A stretch of DNA of 64,000 bases from Spirochaetia bacterium (GTDB lineage: Bacteria > Spirochaetota > Spirochaetia > SZUA-6 > Bin103). Within the stretch, counting starts at the first letter, position 1; each line of letters opens with the position of its first letter. Where the stretch lies: contig CBDATQ010000001.1 in the NCBI GenBank assembly GCA_965199955.1, positions 2,272,001-2,336,000 on the forward strand, written 5' to 3'. This document shows, piece after piece, positions 1 to 12,248 of the stretch. Under the pieces are notes generated by a model. It was not told the origin of the DNA. It searched no databases and saw nothing but the letters and a program-made list of their open reading frames with translations. Made by a program: the position numbers and the translations under genes.

Positions 1-290
1 GCGCCACCTACGTGCTCGACCACCTGCTGTTCTTCGCGGGCTCCGCGCGTTCGGTGTACGCCGGCAGCGTGGCGCCCGGCCGCTCGGACCTGTCGCCGAC
101 CCTGTCCATGGGCGTGACCATCGACCACGTCTTCTCCATGACGGTGCCGCTGGCCGGCGGGGTGCTCTGGAAGACGCTCGGCTACGAGTCCGTGTTCGTG
201 GCCGCAGCGGTGATCGCCGGAGTGACCGCCGTGGTCGCCGCCGGCATCCGCGCGCCGCAGCCCGCGGCGGCGGCTCTCCGCCACGACTGA
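1..290 (+). CDS. MFS-type transporter, C-terminal part (gene begins before window)
   Basis: Hydrophobic helices; '...PLAGGVLWKTLGYESVFVAAAV' resembles the last MFS helices; stop at 290. Confidence 0.6.
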   Translation, partial: ATYVLDHLLFFAGSARSVYAGSVAPGRSDLSPTLSMGVTIDHVFSMTVPLAGGVLWKTLGYESVFVAAAVIAGVTAVVAAGIRAPQPAAAALRHD

Positions 291-313
291 CCCACCGCGA
301 CTGACGGCCGCCG

Positions 314-952
314 CTATCCGTTGTCGCGCGGCCGCGCCAGCACCTGCCAGTGGTAGCCGCCGGGGCCATCCTGCTCGACGTCCTCGCACCGCACGAGGTC
401 GAACGCCGGCAGGTAGCGGTCGATCTCCTCCCGGTCGAAGTAGTGGTGGGGATGGCTCTTCTCGGTCTCGCCGGGAACGACGAAGGTGCCCGGCTCGATC
501 TCCGTGCCACGGCCGTGGTGATGCCGGGTGGAGATCAGCGTGCAGAGCAGGGAGCCGCCGGTGACCAGGCAGCGCTCGATCTCGGCGACGGTGCGACGGA
601 TCACCTCCGCCGTGCCGTGATAGATCACGTTCCAGGTGAGGATCAGGTCGAAGAACCCGTCAACAAAGGGAATAGCCGCCATGTCGCCTGTCTGCAGCCG
701 CACCTGCACCCCTTCCCGTTCGGCCCACGCGCTCGCGAAGTCCAGCCCGCTGGGGCTGCTGTCCAGGCTGTAGACCTCGAGTCCGGCCCTGGCGCACAGA
801 ATCGCGTGCCGGCCGACGCCGAAGCCCAGGTCCAGGACCGTGCGCACGCCGTCTCGCCGCCACCGCGGGATGAGCTCCGACACCAGCGGATCCGGCTTCG
901 ACCAGTAGGCGCGGCCTGCCACGGTCTTCCACGCGTCGTCCCACGCTTTCAT
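314..952 (-). CDS. Class I SAM-dependent methyltransferase
   Basis: Motif I VLDLGFGVGRH, acidic LDSS, GDM and FDLI motifs. Confidence 0.85.
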   Translation of the reverse strand: MKAWDDAWKTVAGRAYWSKPDPLVSELIPRWRRDGVRTVLDLGFGVGRHAILCARAGLEVYSLDSSPSGLDFASAWAEREGVQVRLQTGDMAAIPFVDGFFDLILTWNVIYHGTAEVIRRTVAEIERCLVTGGSLLCTLISTRHHHGRGTEIEPGTFVVPGETEKSHPHHYFDREEIDRYLPAFDLVRCEDVEQDGPGGYHWQVLARPRDNG

Positions 953-984
953 TCCGAATCATACCAGGGTCGCGGCCCGGCGGG

Positions 985-1659
985 TCAGATCGACCGGCGG
1001 GTCAGGCTGAAGCTCTGCGCGGTCGGGCCGTGGTCCGGCTGGGTGGCTAGGAACAGCGCCAGCGGAGCCACGTCCTCCGGCTCCTTCATCACCTCGCTGT
1101 CGGAGTAGGGTGGCGGCCCGCTGGAGGCCGTGAGCCGCGTGGCCACGGGGCCGGGAATGAGCTCGTTGACCGTGATGTTGTGCTGCCAGACTTCCTCGGC
1201 CAGGCACCGCGTGAACATCCACAGGCCGGCCTTGCCCACGTGATAGGCGCAGCCGTTCGCCGTCGGCCGGTGGCCCATGCCCGAGCCCACGTTGATCACC
1301 CGTCCGCCCCCGGACTCCACCATCAACGGCAGCAGCGCCCGCGACACCAGGTAGGCGCTGACGCAATTGACCGTGACGTCCTCGACCCAGAGGTCGGGTC
1401 GCTGTCCAGAATGCCCTTGTGCTCCAGCCCCCCGCCCGCGTTGTTGAACAGAATGTCCAGGCGGCCGAACGCGGTCCGGACGGCGCCGGCCAGGTCGTCC
1501 ACCGCCCCACGCCGCGTAACGTCCGTGGGAACCGCGATGGCGCGGCGGCGCTGCGCGCGGCGAGGACCAGATCCGCCCCTTCGGCGGCGTAGGCGATGGC
1601 GCGGCCGATCCGCGCTCGCCGGTTACGACGGCAACCTTCCCGGAGAGTAGCGGCATCAC
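985..1659 (-). pseudogene. Short-chain dehydrogenase/reductase, frameshifted and internally deleted
   Basis: SDR motifs split across frames: LSGKVAVVTG, IGRAIAYAAEGADLVLAARS, then GRVINVGSG, catalytic YHVGK and NELIPGPVAT. Confidence 0.8.
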
Positions 1660-1762
1660 AGGACTCCTTTCGTGCAGGGTCGGGGATGCCTCCGCTCGCC
1701 GTCAATCACGTACGACGCCGTCGCGTCCGGCGGACGCGACGGCCGGGCACGTCTGACGTAGA

Positions 1763-2872
1763 ATGGCGCCCGTGAACGACCCGAAACCGACTTCAAGCGA
1801 TCGAACCCCGGGCGCCCGGCGCCTGACGGCGCGGATCGGCGGCGCCGGTCTTGCAGCGCTGCTGGCCATCGCCTGCCAGGCAGATGAGGGAAGCCCCGCG
1901 GGCGACCTGGAACCCGGCCTGTATGCCGAGATGGCGACCAACCGCGGGACGATCATCCTGCGTCTGGAGCACGAGAAGGTGCCGCTGACGGTCGCCAACT
2001 TCGTCGGCCTGGCGGAAGCAACGATCGAGTTCAGCGGCAAGGAAGCGGGGCCGTACTACGACGGACTGATCTTCCATCGCGTGATCGACGAATTCATGAT
2101 CCAGGGCGGCGACCCGACCGGCACCGGCCGCGGTGGCCCGGGCTACCAGTTCCCGGACGAGATCGACCAGTCGCTCCGCCACGACCGACCCGGCACCCTT
2201 TCGATGGCCAACGCCGGTCCCAACACCAACGGCAGCCAGTTCTTCATCACCCACGTGGAGACGCCGTGGCTTGACGATCGCCACGCCGTGTTCGGCTACG
2301 TCGTGTCCGGTCAGGACGTGGTCGACGCCATCCGCCAGGGGGACAGGATCGAGAAACTGCGCATCCTCCGCGTCGGACCGTCGGCTGACGGCTTTCGGGT
2401 CGACCAGCGCATGTTCGACGAGTTGCGCGGCAGCGCCCCGGAACAGGCCGCCGAGCGTGCGGCCGCCGCCCGTGCGGACGCCGATGCCGAGGTGCGCCGC
2501 CGCTGGCCCGGCGCCACGGTGACCGAGAGCGGACTGCGGTACCTGGTCGAGCAAGCGGGCGAGGGCGAGGAACGGCCCGGGCCCGAGACCTACGTGGAGG
2601 TTCACTACGTCGGCAGCCTGCTGGACGGCACGGTGTTCGACAGCTCGCGCGAGCGCGGCACGCCTGCGGTGTTCCCGGTCAACCGCGTCATCCCGGGCTG
2701 GCAGGAAGCCCTGCAGGACATGCGCAAGGGCGAGCGGCGCACGCTGATCGTGCCGCCGGAGCTCGGCTACGGAGACCGCGGCGTCCCCCAGGCGAGGATC
2801 CCGCCGGGCGCCTACCTGATCTTCGACGTCGAGCTGCTGCGGTTCCCGGTCGATGCCCCCGGCGGACGGTAG
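1763..2872 (+). CDS. Peptidyl-prolyl isomerase, cyclophilin-FKBP fusion, probable lipoprotein
   Basis: Cyclophilin motifs [15 protein letters not shown] and [20 protein letters not shown] motifs [32 protein letters not shown]; lipobox-like LAIAC; start may be GTG 1772. Confidence 0.93.
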   Translation: MAPVNDPKPTSSDRTPGARRLTARIGGAGLAALLAIACQADEGSPAGDLEPGLYAEMATNRGTIILRLEHEKVPLTVANFVGLAEATIEFSGKEAGPYYDGLIFHRVIDEFMIQGGDPTGTGRGGPGYQFPDEIDQSLRHDRPGTLSMANAGPNTNGSQFFITHVETPWLDDRHAVFGYVVSGQDVVDAIRQGDRIEKLRILRVGPSADGFRVDQRMFDELRGSAPEQAAERAAAARADADAEVRRRWPGATVTESGLRYLVEQAGEGEERPGPETYVEVHYVGSLLDGTVFDSSRERGTPAVFPVNRVIPGWQEALQDMRKGERRTLIVPPELGYGDRGVPQARIPPGAYLIFDVELLRFPVDAPGGR

Positions 2873-3467
2873 CCGCCCGCCGCTCCGCACCCTTGACAAG
2901 GCGCAGATCGCGGCCCTGCCGCTCGGCTGGTTTCCCGGCACGATCCACGTGGCCGACTCGGCCGAGGCGGTCGCCGATGCGCTCGCGGCCTTCGACGGCG
3001 CCGGCGTGCTGGGGCTGGACACCGAGACCCGCCCCTCGTTCCGGCGCGGCGAGCGGCATCCGGTTGCCGTCCTGCAGCTCGCCTCCGAGGAACACGCGGT
3101 GCTGGTGCAGCTTCGCTGGGCGGGTGTGCCGCCGCCGCTGCGCGCCCTCCTGGAGTCGGAACGGATCGTCAAGGCCGCGCAGGCGCCGGCCGACGAGTTG
3201 CGCGCGCTTCGCAAGCTCTACCGCGTACAGCCCCGCGGAGTGATCGACGTCGGCCGCATCGTGCGCGATGCGGGATTCTCCCCCTCCAGCGTGCGGGGGC
3301 AGGCCGCGCACTTTCTGGGCATCCGCATCTCCAAGAGCGCGCAGGTGTCCAACTGGGCCGAACGCCGCCTGACACCGGCTCAGCAGCGCTACGCGGCCAC
3401 CGACGCCTGGGTGTGCCGCCGGAGTTACCTGACGCTTGCAGAGCGCACCGACGGAGCGCCGCGGTGA
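2853..3467 (+). CDS. DEDDy 3'-5' exonuclease (WRN/RNase D-like)
   Basis: ExoI GLDTET, LQLAS, SNW and YAATDA motifs. Confidence 0.85.
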   Translation: MPPADGSRPPLRTLDKAQIAALPLGWFPGTIHVADSAEAVADALAAFDGAGVLGLDTETRPSFRRGERHPVAVLQLASEEHAVLVQLRWAGVPPPLRALLESERIVKAAQAPADELRALRKLYRVQPRGVIDVGRIVRDAGFSPSSVRGQAAHFLGIRISKSAQVSNWAERRLTPAQQRYAATDAWVCRRSYLTLAERTDGAPR

Positions 3468-4090
3468 GCGCGTTGCGCCCCCTGGCGGCCGTGTGTCTGG
3501 CGGCCGTCACACTCACGTCGTGCGTGGACATCGAGATGCGCTTCGTCATGCGGCGCGACGGCGCCGGCCGCCTAGAGCTCAGCTATCGCGTCCCGCAGGA
3601 GGCTGCCACCCTGATGGACTCGGTCGAAGGCGTTCCAGCCGTGCCCCTGCCGATCGACCGGGCGGACTTCGAGGCGTCGCTCGCCGGCGCGGACGGCGTC
3701 CGCCTGCGCCGGTTCCGGCGCATGGACCAGGAGGAAGAGGTGCGCATCGAAGCCCGGATCGACTTCGACAGCATCGACGCGCTCCGCGCCGTCCCGGGGT
3801 TCACGGACCTGCCGGTGTCCTTCACTGCCACGGGCGCAGGCGGCGGGGAACTGTCCCAGCGCGTGGTGCCCGCGCGGCCCGCCCGCGACGCGCCGGACGA
3901 GCGCATGGTGGAGCTCGTGCAGGACCTTGCCGGCGACTCGCGGGTGACGTTCGTGGTGGTCGCGCCCCGCGACATTCAGGCGGCCGACGGGGGAACGATC
4001 GACGCCGACCGCCGCACCGCGCGCTTCTCGCGGTCGCTGGCCGACTACCTGACGGAGGCCGGCCCGGTGGATCTGACGGTCCGGTGGTAG
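3464..4090 (+). CDS. Hypothetical lipoprotein
   Basis: GTG overlapping upstream TGA; signal peptide with LTSC lipobox. Confidence 0.6.
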   Translation: MSALRPLAAVCLAAVTLTSCVDIEMRFVMRRDGAGRLELSYRVPQEAATLMDSVEGVPAVPLPIDRADFEASLAGADGVRLRRFRRMDQEEEVRIEARIDFDSIDALRAVPGFTDLPVSFTATGAGGGELSQRVVPARPARDAPDERMVELVQDLAGDSRVTFVVVAPRDIQAADGGTIDADRRTARFSRSLADYLTEAGPVDLTVRW

Positions 4091-4092
4091 GG

Positions 4093-4122
4093 TTGACGCA
4101 AGGGCATGCGATGGGCCATATT
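4093..4122 (+). promoter_or_regulatory. Putative sigma70 promoter of the V-ATPase operon
   Basis: TTGACG-18 nt-CATATT in an AT-richer intergenic region. Confidence 0.4.
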
Positions 4123-4200
4123 AGGGGAACCAGCCGCCTGTCGCGGTACAATCGCCTGATATTTTCCCTTTAGGCAAAACATCCACTGGAGCTCGGTACG

Positions 4201-4506
4201 ATGGACGTTCTCAAAGACGTGAAAAAGGCGGAGGAAGACGCCGAGAGCATCGAACGGGACTACCGTACCAAAGCCGCCGAGCTGCTTGCCTCCGTGAGCG
4301 ACAGACTCGACGAACGCCGGCAGGAGCTCACGGCGGAGCTCGATGGCGAGCTGGAACGGCGTACCGCGGAGCTCGATCGCCAGTTCCATGCCGAACGGGA
4401 AACGATTGTCGCCTCCGGGCGTCAGCAGCGCGAAGCGGCGGAAACCTCCGCGAGCAGCCGCCATGACGCGGCACTGCAGCTCATCCTGAAGCGAATACAG
4501 CGGTAG
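4201..4506 (+). CDS. V/A-type ATPase peripheral stalk subunit (G/H-like)
   Basis: Small charged coiled-coil protein (VKKAEEDAESI) heading the ATPase operon. Confidence 0.7.
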   Translation: MDVLKDVKKAEEDAESIERDYRTKAAELLASVSDRLDERRQELTAELDGELERRTAELDRQFHAERETIVASGRQQREAAETSASSRHDAALQLILKRIQR

Positions 4507-4513
4507 TCCGCGC

Positions 4514-6535
4514 GTGGCCATCGCAGACCTCACCAAGGTGGAGGTCGTCCTGCCGAAGGACGACCTGGACAGCGCTCTGTCCGGACTCGAGCGCTCCGGG
4601 CTGCTGCACGTCGACGACATCCACGACGGGCTCGATGAAGAGCTCGCCGAGCATGAAGCGGAGGCGCCCGTGGCGCAGGCGGGCGCGGCAGGCCGTCAGG
4701 CCGACATCGACTTCCTGTTGCAGCTCTTCCAGCGCTTCGCACCCGTCAAGAAGGGGTTGTTGGAGGAATTCTTCGGCTCGCCGCCGCCCCGGACACGCGA
4801 CCAGGTCACGCACCTGGTCGAAAGCGTCGACGTGGCCGAGTTGCGCGGCCGGCTCGGCGCAGAGCTCGCCCACTACGACGAGCTGCTCTCGGAGCAGGCG
4901 CTCCTGCGGCAGCGCCGGATTAACCTCGAACCCTGGCAGCCGCTCGACACGAGCCTGGCGGACCTGTCCACCGGCCGCCACACCACACTGCTTCCGGTGC
5001 GGATGCCCGGCAACGCCGACGCCCTGGCCGCTGCCGTCGGCGACGGGGCGCTCGGACCGTCGGCGGCCTACGCCCCGGTCTCGACCGGCAAGCGCGACAG
5101 CCACGGGGTGCTGGCCGTCCTGAACGAGCAGCTCACCGATGCCCAGGACGGCCTGCGCCGCCTGCGCGGCGAAGTGGTCGACCTGCCCGGGGACGACTTG
5201 AACCCTGCAGCCGCGCTGCGCGCGATCGACGCCCGCATCGCGGAGATCGACGACCAGCTCACCGAGCTGCGGCGCAGGTTCGTGACCACTTCGGAGCGTT
5301 ACCGCGGCGCGATCCTGGCGCACGCCGATGCCGCGTCCGGCAAGCGGGCGGAACAGGACGCACGGCGCCGGCTGTACTACACGAAGCGCGCCGCGGTCCT
5401 CACCGGCTGGGTGCGCAGCGAACACGCGGCCCCCCTGCGCCTCGTGCTTTCCCAGACCTGCCCGGGGGCGCGGGCGCGATTCTCGCCTCCGGAGCCGGCC
5501 GATGATCCGCCGGTCGACCTGAACAATCGTTCCTTGATCAGACCCTTCGAATTCCTGATCCGCATGTTCGGCATGCCGAGGTACTTCGGCATCGACCCGA
5601 CCCCGTTCGTGGCGGTGGCGATGACGCTGTTCTACGCCGTGGCGCTCGGCGATGCGGGCTACGGGCTGCTGCAGGTGCTCCTCTGCCTGTGGCTGATGCG
5701 CCGCTACGAGTCGGCCGGCGAGACCAGGCTGTTCCTGCGCATGTTCGTGATCACGGGCATCGCCGCGATCGTGGTGGGCGTGCTCACCTGGAGCTTCTTC
5801 GGCGCCAGCCCGGGCATCGAAGGAGGCAAGATCCTGGGGTTCCTGCCGCTGATTACACCGACCAAGCAGATCACGGAGCTGATGGCATTCACCATCGGCG
5901 TCGGCGTTCTCCTCCAGCTCGCTTCGATCGTCGCCGGGGTGGTCGACTTCTGGAAGTCCGGCCAGCGTCTGGACGCCGTACTGGAGCGGGGGACGTGGCT
6001 GGCCCTCCTGGTAGCGCTGATCTTCTGGATCGCCGTGCGCACCGCCGGTGCGTCCGCGCTGGATGTTCCTTCCACGGTGCTGCTGGCGGCGGCCGCGGTG
6101 GCGGTGATCCTCTTCAGCATCCGCGAGGGAGGGAGCATCACGCGCGTGCTGACGGGCATCCTTTCGCTGTACGGGATCGTCGGCTACTACGGCCTGGTGG
6201 CGTTCTTCTCGGATGTCCTGTCCTACATGCGGCTGGGAATCCTGGCCCTGACATCGGCGTTCATCGGCCAGGTCGGCAACCTGATGGGCGGCCTGTTCTT
6301 CGCCGCCGGAGGTGGTGCGGCGATGGTGATTGGCGTCCTCATCGGGGTACTCATCATCGTCCTGTTCCATGTCCTGAACCTGGTTCTCAGCATGCTGGGG
6401 GCCTTCGTACACTCGCTGCGGTTGAACTACCTGGAGTCCTTCCAGCGGTACTTCGAGGGCGGAGGACGTGCGTTCGCCCCGTTGCGCGGCGAAGCCAAGC
6501 ACTATCGAATCATCGACACCATATTGAATCGGTGA
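4514..6535 (+). CDS. atpI: V/A-type ATP synthase subunit I
   Basis: PRYFGIDPTP, GDAGYG, SDVLSYMRL (essential Arg), HSLRLNYLESF. Confidence 0.95.
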   Translation: MAIADLTKVEVVLPKDDLDSALSGLERSGLLHVDDIHDGLDEELAEHEAEAPVAQAGAAGRQADIDFLLQLFQRFAPVKKGLLEEFFGSPPPRTRDQVTHLVESVDVAELRGRLGAELAHYDELLSEQALLRQRRINLEPWQPLDTSLADLSTGRHTTLLPVRMPGNADALAAAVGDGALGPSAAYAPVSTGKRDSHGVLAVLNEQLTDAQDGLRRLRGEVVDLPGDDLNPAAALRAIDARIAEIDDQLTELRRRFVTTSERYRGAILAHADAASGKRAEQDARRRLYYTKRAAVLTGWVRSEHAAPLRLVLSQTCPGARARFSPPEPADDPPVDLNNRSLIRPFEFLIRMFGMPRYFGIDPTPFVAVAMTLFYAVALGDAGYGLLQVLLCLWLMRRYESAGETRLFLRMFVITGIAAIVVGVLTWSFFGASPGIEGGKILGFLPLITPTKQITELMAFTIGVGVLLQLASIVAGVVDFWKSGQRLDAVLERGTWLALLVALIFWIAVRTAGASALDVPSTVLLAAAAVAVILFSIREGGSITRVLTGILSLYGIVGYYGLVAFFSDVLSYMRLGILALTSAFIGQVGNLMGGLFFAAGGGAAMVIGVLIGVLIIVLFHVLNLVLSMLGAFVHSLRLNYLESFQRYFEGGGRAFAPLRGEAKHYRIIDTILNR

Positions 6536-6550
6536 CCTAAGGAGGCACGG

Positions 6551-7042
6551 ATGGAGATCTCTCTCGGCTTTGCGATCGCCCTGCTCGGCGGGGCCCTGGC
6601 CGCCGGTCTGGCGGCATACGGATCGTCGGTGGGCGTCGGCCTGGCCGGCGAGATGGCCGGCGGCGTCATCTCGGAAGATCCCGACCGGTTCGGCCTGATG
6701 CTGATCCTGCAGGCGCTGCCGGCGACGCAGGCGATCTACGGGCTGGTCGTAGCGATCCTGGTACTGCTCAAGCTCGAAGCGCTCAGCGGCAACGCCCTGG
6801 TCGACCTCGACCTGAAGAGCGGTCTGTGGGTGTTCGCGGCCTGTGTGCCGGCGATGTTCGGCGAGCTCATATCGCCGATCTGGCAGGGAAAGGTGGCGGT
6901 CGCGTCGATGGGCGCGGTGGCCAAGAAGCCGGACACCTTCGGGCGCGCGCTGATCCTGCCGGTCATGGTGGAGACCTTCGGCTTGTTCGCGCTGATCGCC
7001 ACCCTGATCATCCTGCAGGTCGCCATCCCGTCCTTTGTCTGA
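6551..7042 (+). CDS. atpK: V/A-type ATP synthase proteolipid subunit K (4-TM, Na+-type)
   Basis: Four hydrophobic helices; LPATQAIYG, WQG and VET motifs as in NtpK; GGAGG RBS. Confidence 0.95.
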   Translation: MEISLGFAIALLGGALAAGLAAYGSSVGVGLAGEMAGGVISEDPDRFGLMLILQALPATQAIYGLVVAILVLLKLEALSGNALVDLDLKSGLWVFAACVPAMFGELISPIWQGKVAVASMGAVAKKPDTFGRALILPVMVETFGLFALIATLIILQVAIPSFV

Positions 7043-7043
7043 G

Positions 7044-7643
7044 ATGGCCGGCGACAACCTGGTCGAGCAGATCCTGACCGCGGCGCGCGAGCGCGGCGAG
7101 CAGGCGCTGCAGGCGGCGCAGGAGCACTACGACGAACGGTATCGGGCGGGGCTGAACGAGCTCACGCGCACCATCGAGGAGCGGCGCGAGCGCGAGAACC
7201 GGCAGGCCGAGGACCGGCTGCGGCAGCGGCTGTCGGGGGCGCGGCTGGAACAGAACAAGCAACTCGTGTCGCTGCGCCGGCGGCTGATCGACGACCTCTA
7301 CCGCGACGCGTGGGATCAGGTCAGCTCCGGGGACGCCTACCGCGCCTACCTGGAAGCCCAACTCCGCGAGCACGCCACGCCCGGCGACCGGCTGGTCGTC
7401 TCGCGGCGGGAAGCGGACCTCTTCGCCGGCGAATTGAGCGGCCTGCTGGCCGACCACGGCGTAACCCTGGCCGATGAGCAAGGCAGGTTCCGCGCCGGAT
7501 TCATCATCGAGCGCGGCCCTGCGGGCCGTCCGGAGGTGCGTCTCAACTGCACGCTGGATCAGGCGTTCAGCGAGCTTCAGGAAGACACCGAGATCGATGC
7601 GGCCGAGGTCCTGTTCGGCACGGAATCCACCGGGAGCGCCTGA
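7044..7643 (+). CDS. atpE: V/A-type ATP synthase subunit E
   Basis: Position after K; N-terminal coiled coil, C-terminal AGFII...LNCTLD...AEVLF. Confidence 0.85.
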   Translation: MAGDNLVEQILTAARERGEQALQAAQEHYDERYRAGLNELTRTIEERRERENRQAEDRLRQRLSGARLEQNKQLVSLRRRLIDDLYRDAWDQVSSGDAYRAYLEAQLREHATPGDRLVVSRREADLFAGELSGLLADHGVTLADEQGRFRAGFIIERGPAGRPEVRLNCTLDQAFSELQEDTEIDAAEVLFGTESTGSA

Positions 7644-7650
7644 GCGAGCG

Positions 7651-8643
7651 ATGCCGCGAACCGAGCGCGACTTCAACTTCCTGACCGGCCTCCTGAAATG
7701 CCGGGAACGCGAGCTGGGCGACGAGTCCCTCGCGCGCGAGCTGGTGTCGGCACGCAGCATGGCCGAGGTGGTCGCGGCGCTGCCGCCGGGCCGCTTCGCC
7801 CAGGTCGTCGCGGCCGACCCTACGGACGCCGGCATCGAGCGGGCCGCCACCGAGGAGATGGCGGAGCTCTGGAAGGTCGTGGCCGACTACGCGCCGGTCC
7901 CGGAGCTGGCCGATCTGGTGGCCGCCCCGCTCGACCTGCACAATCTCAAGACGGCGCTGCTCGGCCACCTGCGTGCCGAGCAGTCGACCGGCCTGTATCA
8001 GCCCACGGCGCTGGTCGACGACGATGTGCTGGCCGAGGTGGGGGAGCTCTCGACCGCCCGCGTGCCGGACCACTACCTGCCCGCCATCCAGGCCGGCCTC
8101 GCCGCCTACTACGGCGCTGACCGCTCCCCGCAGGCACTGGAGCTGGCGATGGACCGTTCGCGCAGCCTGCTGCTGGTCGACATCGCTGCGCGGCGGTCGC
8201 GCGCCCTGGCCGCGGTACTCGCCGACTGGAGCGACCTGGCCGTGGCCGAGACGATCATGCGCGGCAAGGACGCCGGGCTTCCGTGGCGGGTCGTCCGCTG
8301 GGGATCGCACGGGCTGCCGGAGCAGGCGCGGCTGCAGGAGCTGTTCGACAGCCCCACGGGCGAGTGGGCGCAGATGCGCGTCTTCGCCCGCCCGCTGCTC
8401 ACCGCCGCCGTGCAGGCGCTGGGCCAGGGCGCCGGCACGCGGGAGACGATCCTGCGGCTGCAGACCGAGCTCACCACGCGGCTGGGAGCCTCCCGCTACG
8501 CGCCGGCGTCGCTGGAGTACGCCTACTACTTCGTACGCCGCAAACTCAACGATCTGGCCAGCTTCCGCATCGCCTGCCTGGGCGCGCTGCGCGAGCTGTC
8601 GAACGAAGCACAGGCCGCCCGCCTGAACCTGGGATTCGGTTGA
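7651..8643 (+). CDS. atpC: V/A-type ATP synthase subunit C
   Basis: Position; DLHNLKTAL motif; ~330 aa. Confidence 0.8.
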   Translation: MPRTERDFNFLTGLLKCRERELGDESLARELVSARSMAEVVAALPPGRFAQVVAADPTDAGIERAATEEMAELWKVVADYAPVPELADLVAAPLDLHNLKTALLGHLRAEQSTGLYQPTALVDDDVLAEVGELSTARVPDHYLPAIQAGLAAYYGADRSPQALELAMDRSRSLLLVDIAARRSRALAAVLADWSDLAVAETIMRGKDAGLPWRVVRWGSHGLPEQARLQELFDSPTGEWAQMRVFARPLLTAAVQALGQGAGTRETILRLQTELTTRLGASRYAPASLEYAYYFVRRKLNDLASFRIACLGALRELSNEAQAARLNLGFG

Positions 8644-8645
8644 TC

Positions 8646-8993
8646 ATGGCCAGCCGTTCTGAGACGAGCTACAAGATCGCCATGATCGGCGACGCGTCGA
8701 CCGTGGCAGGCTTCGCGGCCGGCGGCGTGCGGGGCTTCCCGCAGGACCCGGACGATCCTGCGCAGACACTGTCCGTACTGACCGAACTGGCGCGGAGCGG
8801 CGAGTATGCGATCATCTTCATCACCGAGCAGTTGGCCGAGCCGCTGTTCGACGCCATCGAACGGATAGAGACCGGCGCGGTGCCGGCGATCATCATCGTC
8901 CCCGATCAGTCGGGGACCCGCGGCATCGGCTACGAGCGCATCCGCCATGCCGTCGAACGGGCGATCGGCATCGATCTGCTCGGCGCGAGCTGA
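8646..8993 (+). CDS. atpF: V/A-type ATP synthase subunit F
   Basis: KIAMIGD..TVAGF, YAIIFITE, VERAIGIDL. Confidence 0.93.
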   Translation: MASRSETSYKIAMIGDASTVAGFAAGGVRGFPQDPDDPAQTLSVLTELARSGEYAIIFITEQLAEPLFDAIERIETGAVPAIIIVPDQSGTRGIGYERIRHAVERAIGIDLLGAS

Positions 8994-9027
8994 CACACAG
9001 CACACCAACGAGAGGGAGAAGCAGGAA

Positions 9028-10817
9028 ATGGCTGGGATCATCACGCGGGTTTCGGGCCCACTGGTGCAGGCGCAAGGCCTGGACAACCCGATCATGTACG
9101 AGGTGGTCAAGGTCGGCGACGCGGGCCTGTTCGGCGAGATCATCGGCATCGAAGGCGACAGCGTGTCGATTCAGGTCTACGAGGAGACCGGAGGCATCGG
9201 CCCGGGCGAGGAAGTGGCCAGCACCGGCACGCAGCTCTCGGTCGAGCTCGGCCCCGGCCTCATCGAGCAGATCTACGACGGCATCCAGCGCCCGCTGGAC
9301 GTGATCGCCGGCGACCACGGCGAGTTCATCGCGCGCGGCATCGAGGCGCCCCCGATCGATCAGGAACGCATCTGGGAATTCAACGCAACCGCCGACAGCG
9401 GCGAGCAGGTGACCGCCGGGCAGCGGCTCGGCTGGGTTCAGGAGACGGAGATCGTCAAGCACTGGATCATGGTGCCTCCCGGCATGTCCGGCACGCTCAG
9501 CGGCCTGCGCTCCGGCTCGTTCACGGTCAAGGACGTGATCGGCACGCTGACCGACGAGCTGGGCACCACCCACGAGCTGCGCCTCGCGCACCGCTGGCCG
9601 GTCCGCATCGGACGGCCATACCGGCGCAAGGTCAACCCCGACACGCCGCTGGTCACCGGACAACGGGTGGTCGACACCTTCTTCCCGCTGGCCAAGGGCG
9701 GCACCGCCTGCGTGCCCGGGCCGTTCGGCTCCGGCAAGACGGTCGTCCAGCACCAGCTCTCCAAGTGGGCGGACGCCGACATCATCGTCTACGTGGGCTG
9801 CGGCGAGCGCGGCAACGAGATGACCGACGTCCTGCTGGAGTTCCCGGAGCTGACCGACCCCAAGTCAGGGCGCCCGCTCATGGAGCGCACCGTGCTGATC
9901 GCCAATACCTCCAACATGCCGGTCGCCGCCCGCGAGGCGTCGGTCTTCACCGGCATCACGCTGGCCGAGTACTTCCGCGACATGGGCTACGACGTGGCCC
10001 TGATGGCCGACTCCACGTCCCGCTGGGCGGAGGCCATGCGCGAGATCTCCGGCCGCCTGGAGGAGATGCCGGGCGAGGAGGGGTACCCGGCCTACCTGTC
10101 GTCGCGGATCGCCGAGTTCTACGAGCGCGCCGGCAAGGTGATCCCGATGGGATCGGAGGAGCTCTGCTCGCTGTCGGTCATCGGCGCCGTGTCGCCGCCG
10201 GGCGGCGACCTATCCGACCCGGTCGTGCAGGGCACCCTGCGCGAGGTACGCGTGTTCTGGTCGCTGGAGGCGCGGCTGGCCTACGCCCGGCACTTTCCGT
10301 CGGTCGACTGGCTGACATCCTATTCGCTGTACTCCGACGCGATGGGCCGCTTCTACGACACGGAAGTGTCGCCCGCGTTCCTATCCGACCGCGCCGAGGC
10401 GCTGCGCCTGTTGCAGGAGGAATCGGACCTGCAGGAGATCGTGCGGCTGGTGGGCATCGACTCCGTGTCCCCACAGGACCGGCTGGTGCTGGAGACGGCG
10501 CGGTCGCTGCGCGAGGACTTCCTGCAGCAGAACGCCTTCCACGACGTGGACACCTACGCGTCGCTGGACAAGCAGCGCCTGATGCTGCGCACCATCCTGA
10601 GCTTTCACGAGCACGGCGTGGAGGCGCTGGACCGTGGCGTCGACGTCAACGCCGTCGCTGAACGTCCGATCCGTGAGAGGATCGGACGCATGAAGTTCGT
10701 CCCGGAGCATGAGCGCGAGTCGCTCGACGAGCTTCAGGAAGAAATCAAGCAGGACATCGCGTCGCTCGGTGCCGGTTCCGCGACCGGGGCAGGGCTGGCG
10801 GCGACCGAGGGGGCCAG

Positions 10818-10821
<4 letters not shown>
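9028..10821 (+). CDS. atpA: V/A-type ATP synthase catalytic subunit A
   Basis: P-loop [37 protein letters not shown]. Confidence 0.98.
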
Positions 10822-12218
<1,397 letters not shown>

Positions 12219-12248
12219 TTCGGCAGCGGAGAGCAAGGGGAGCAGCCA

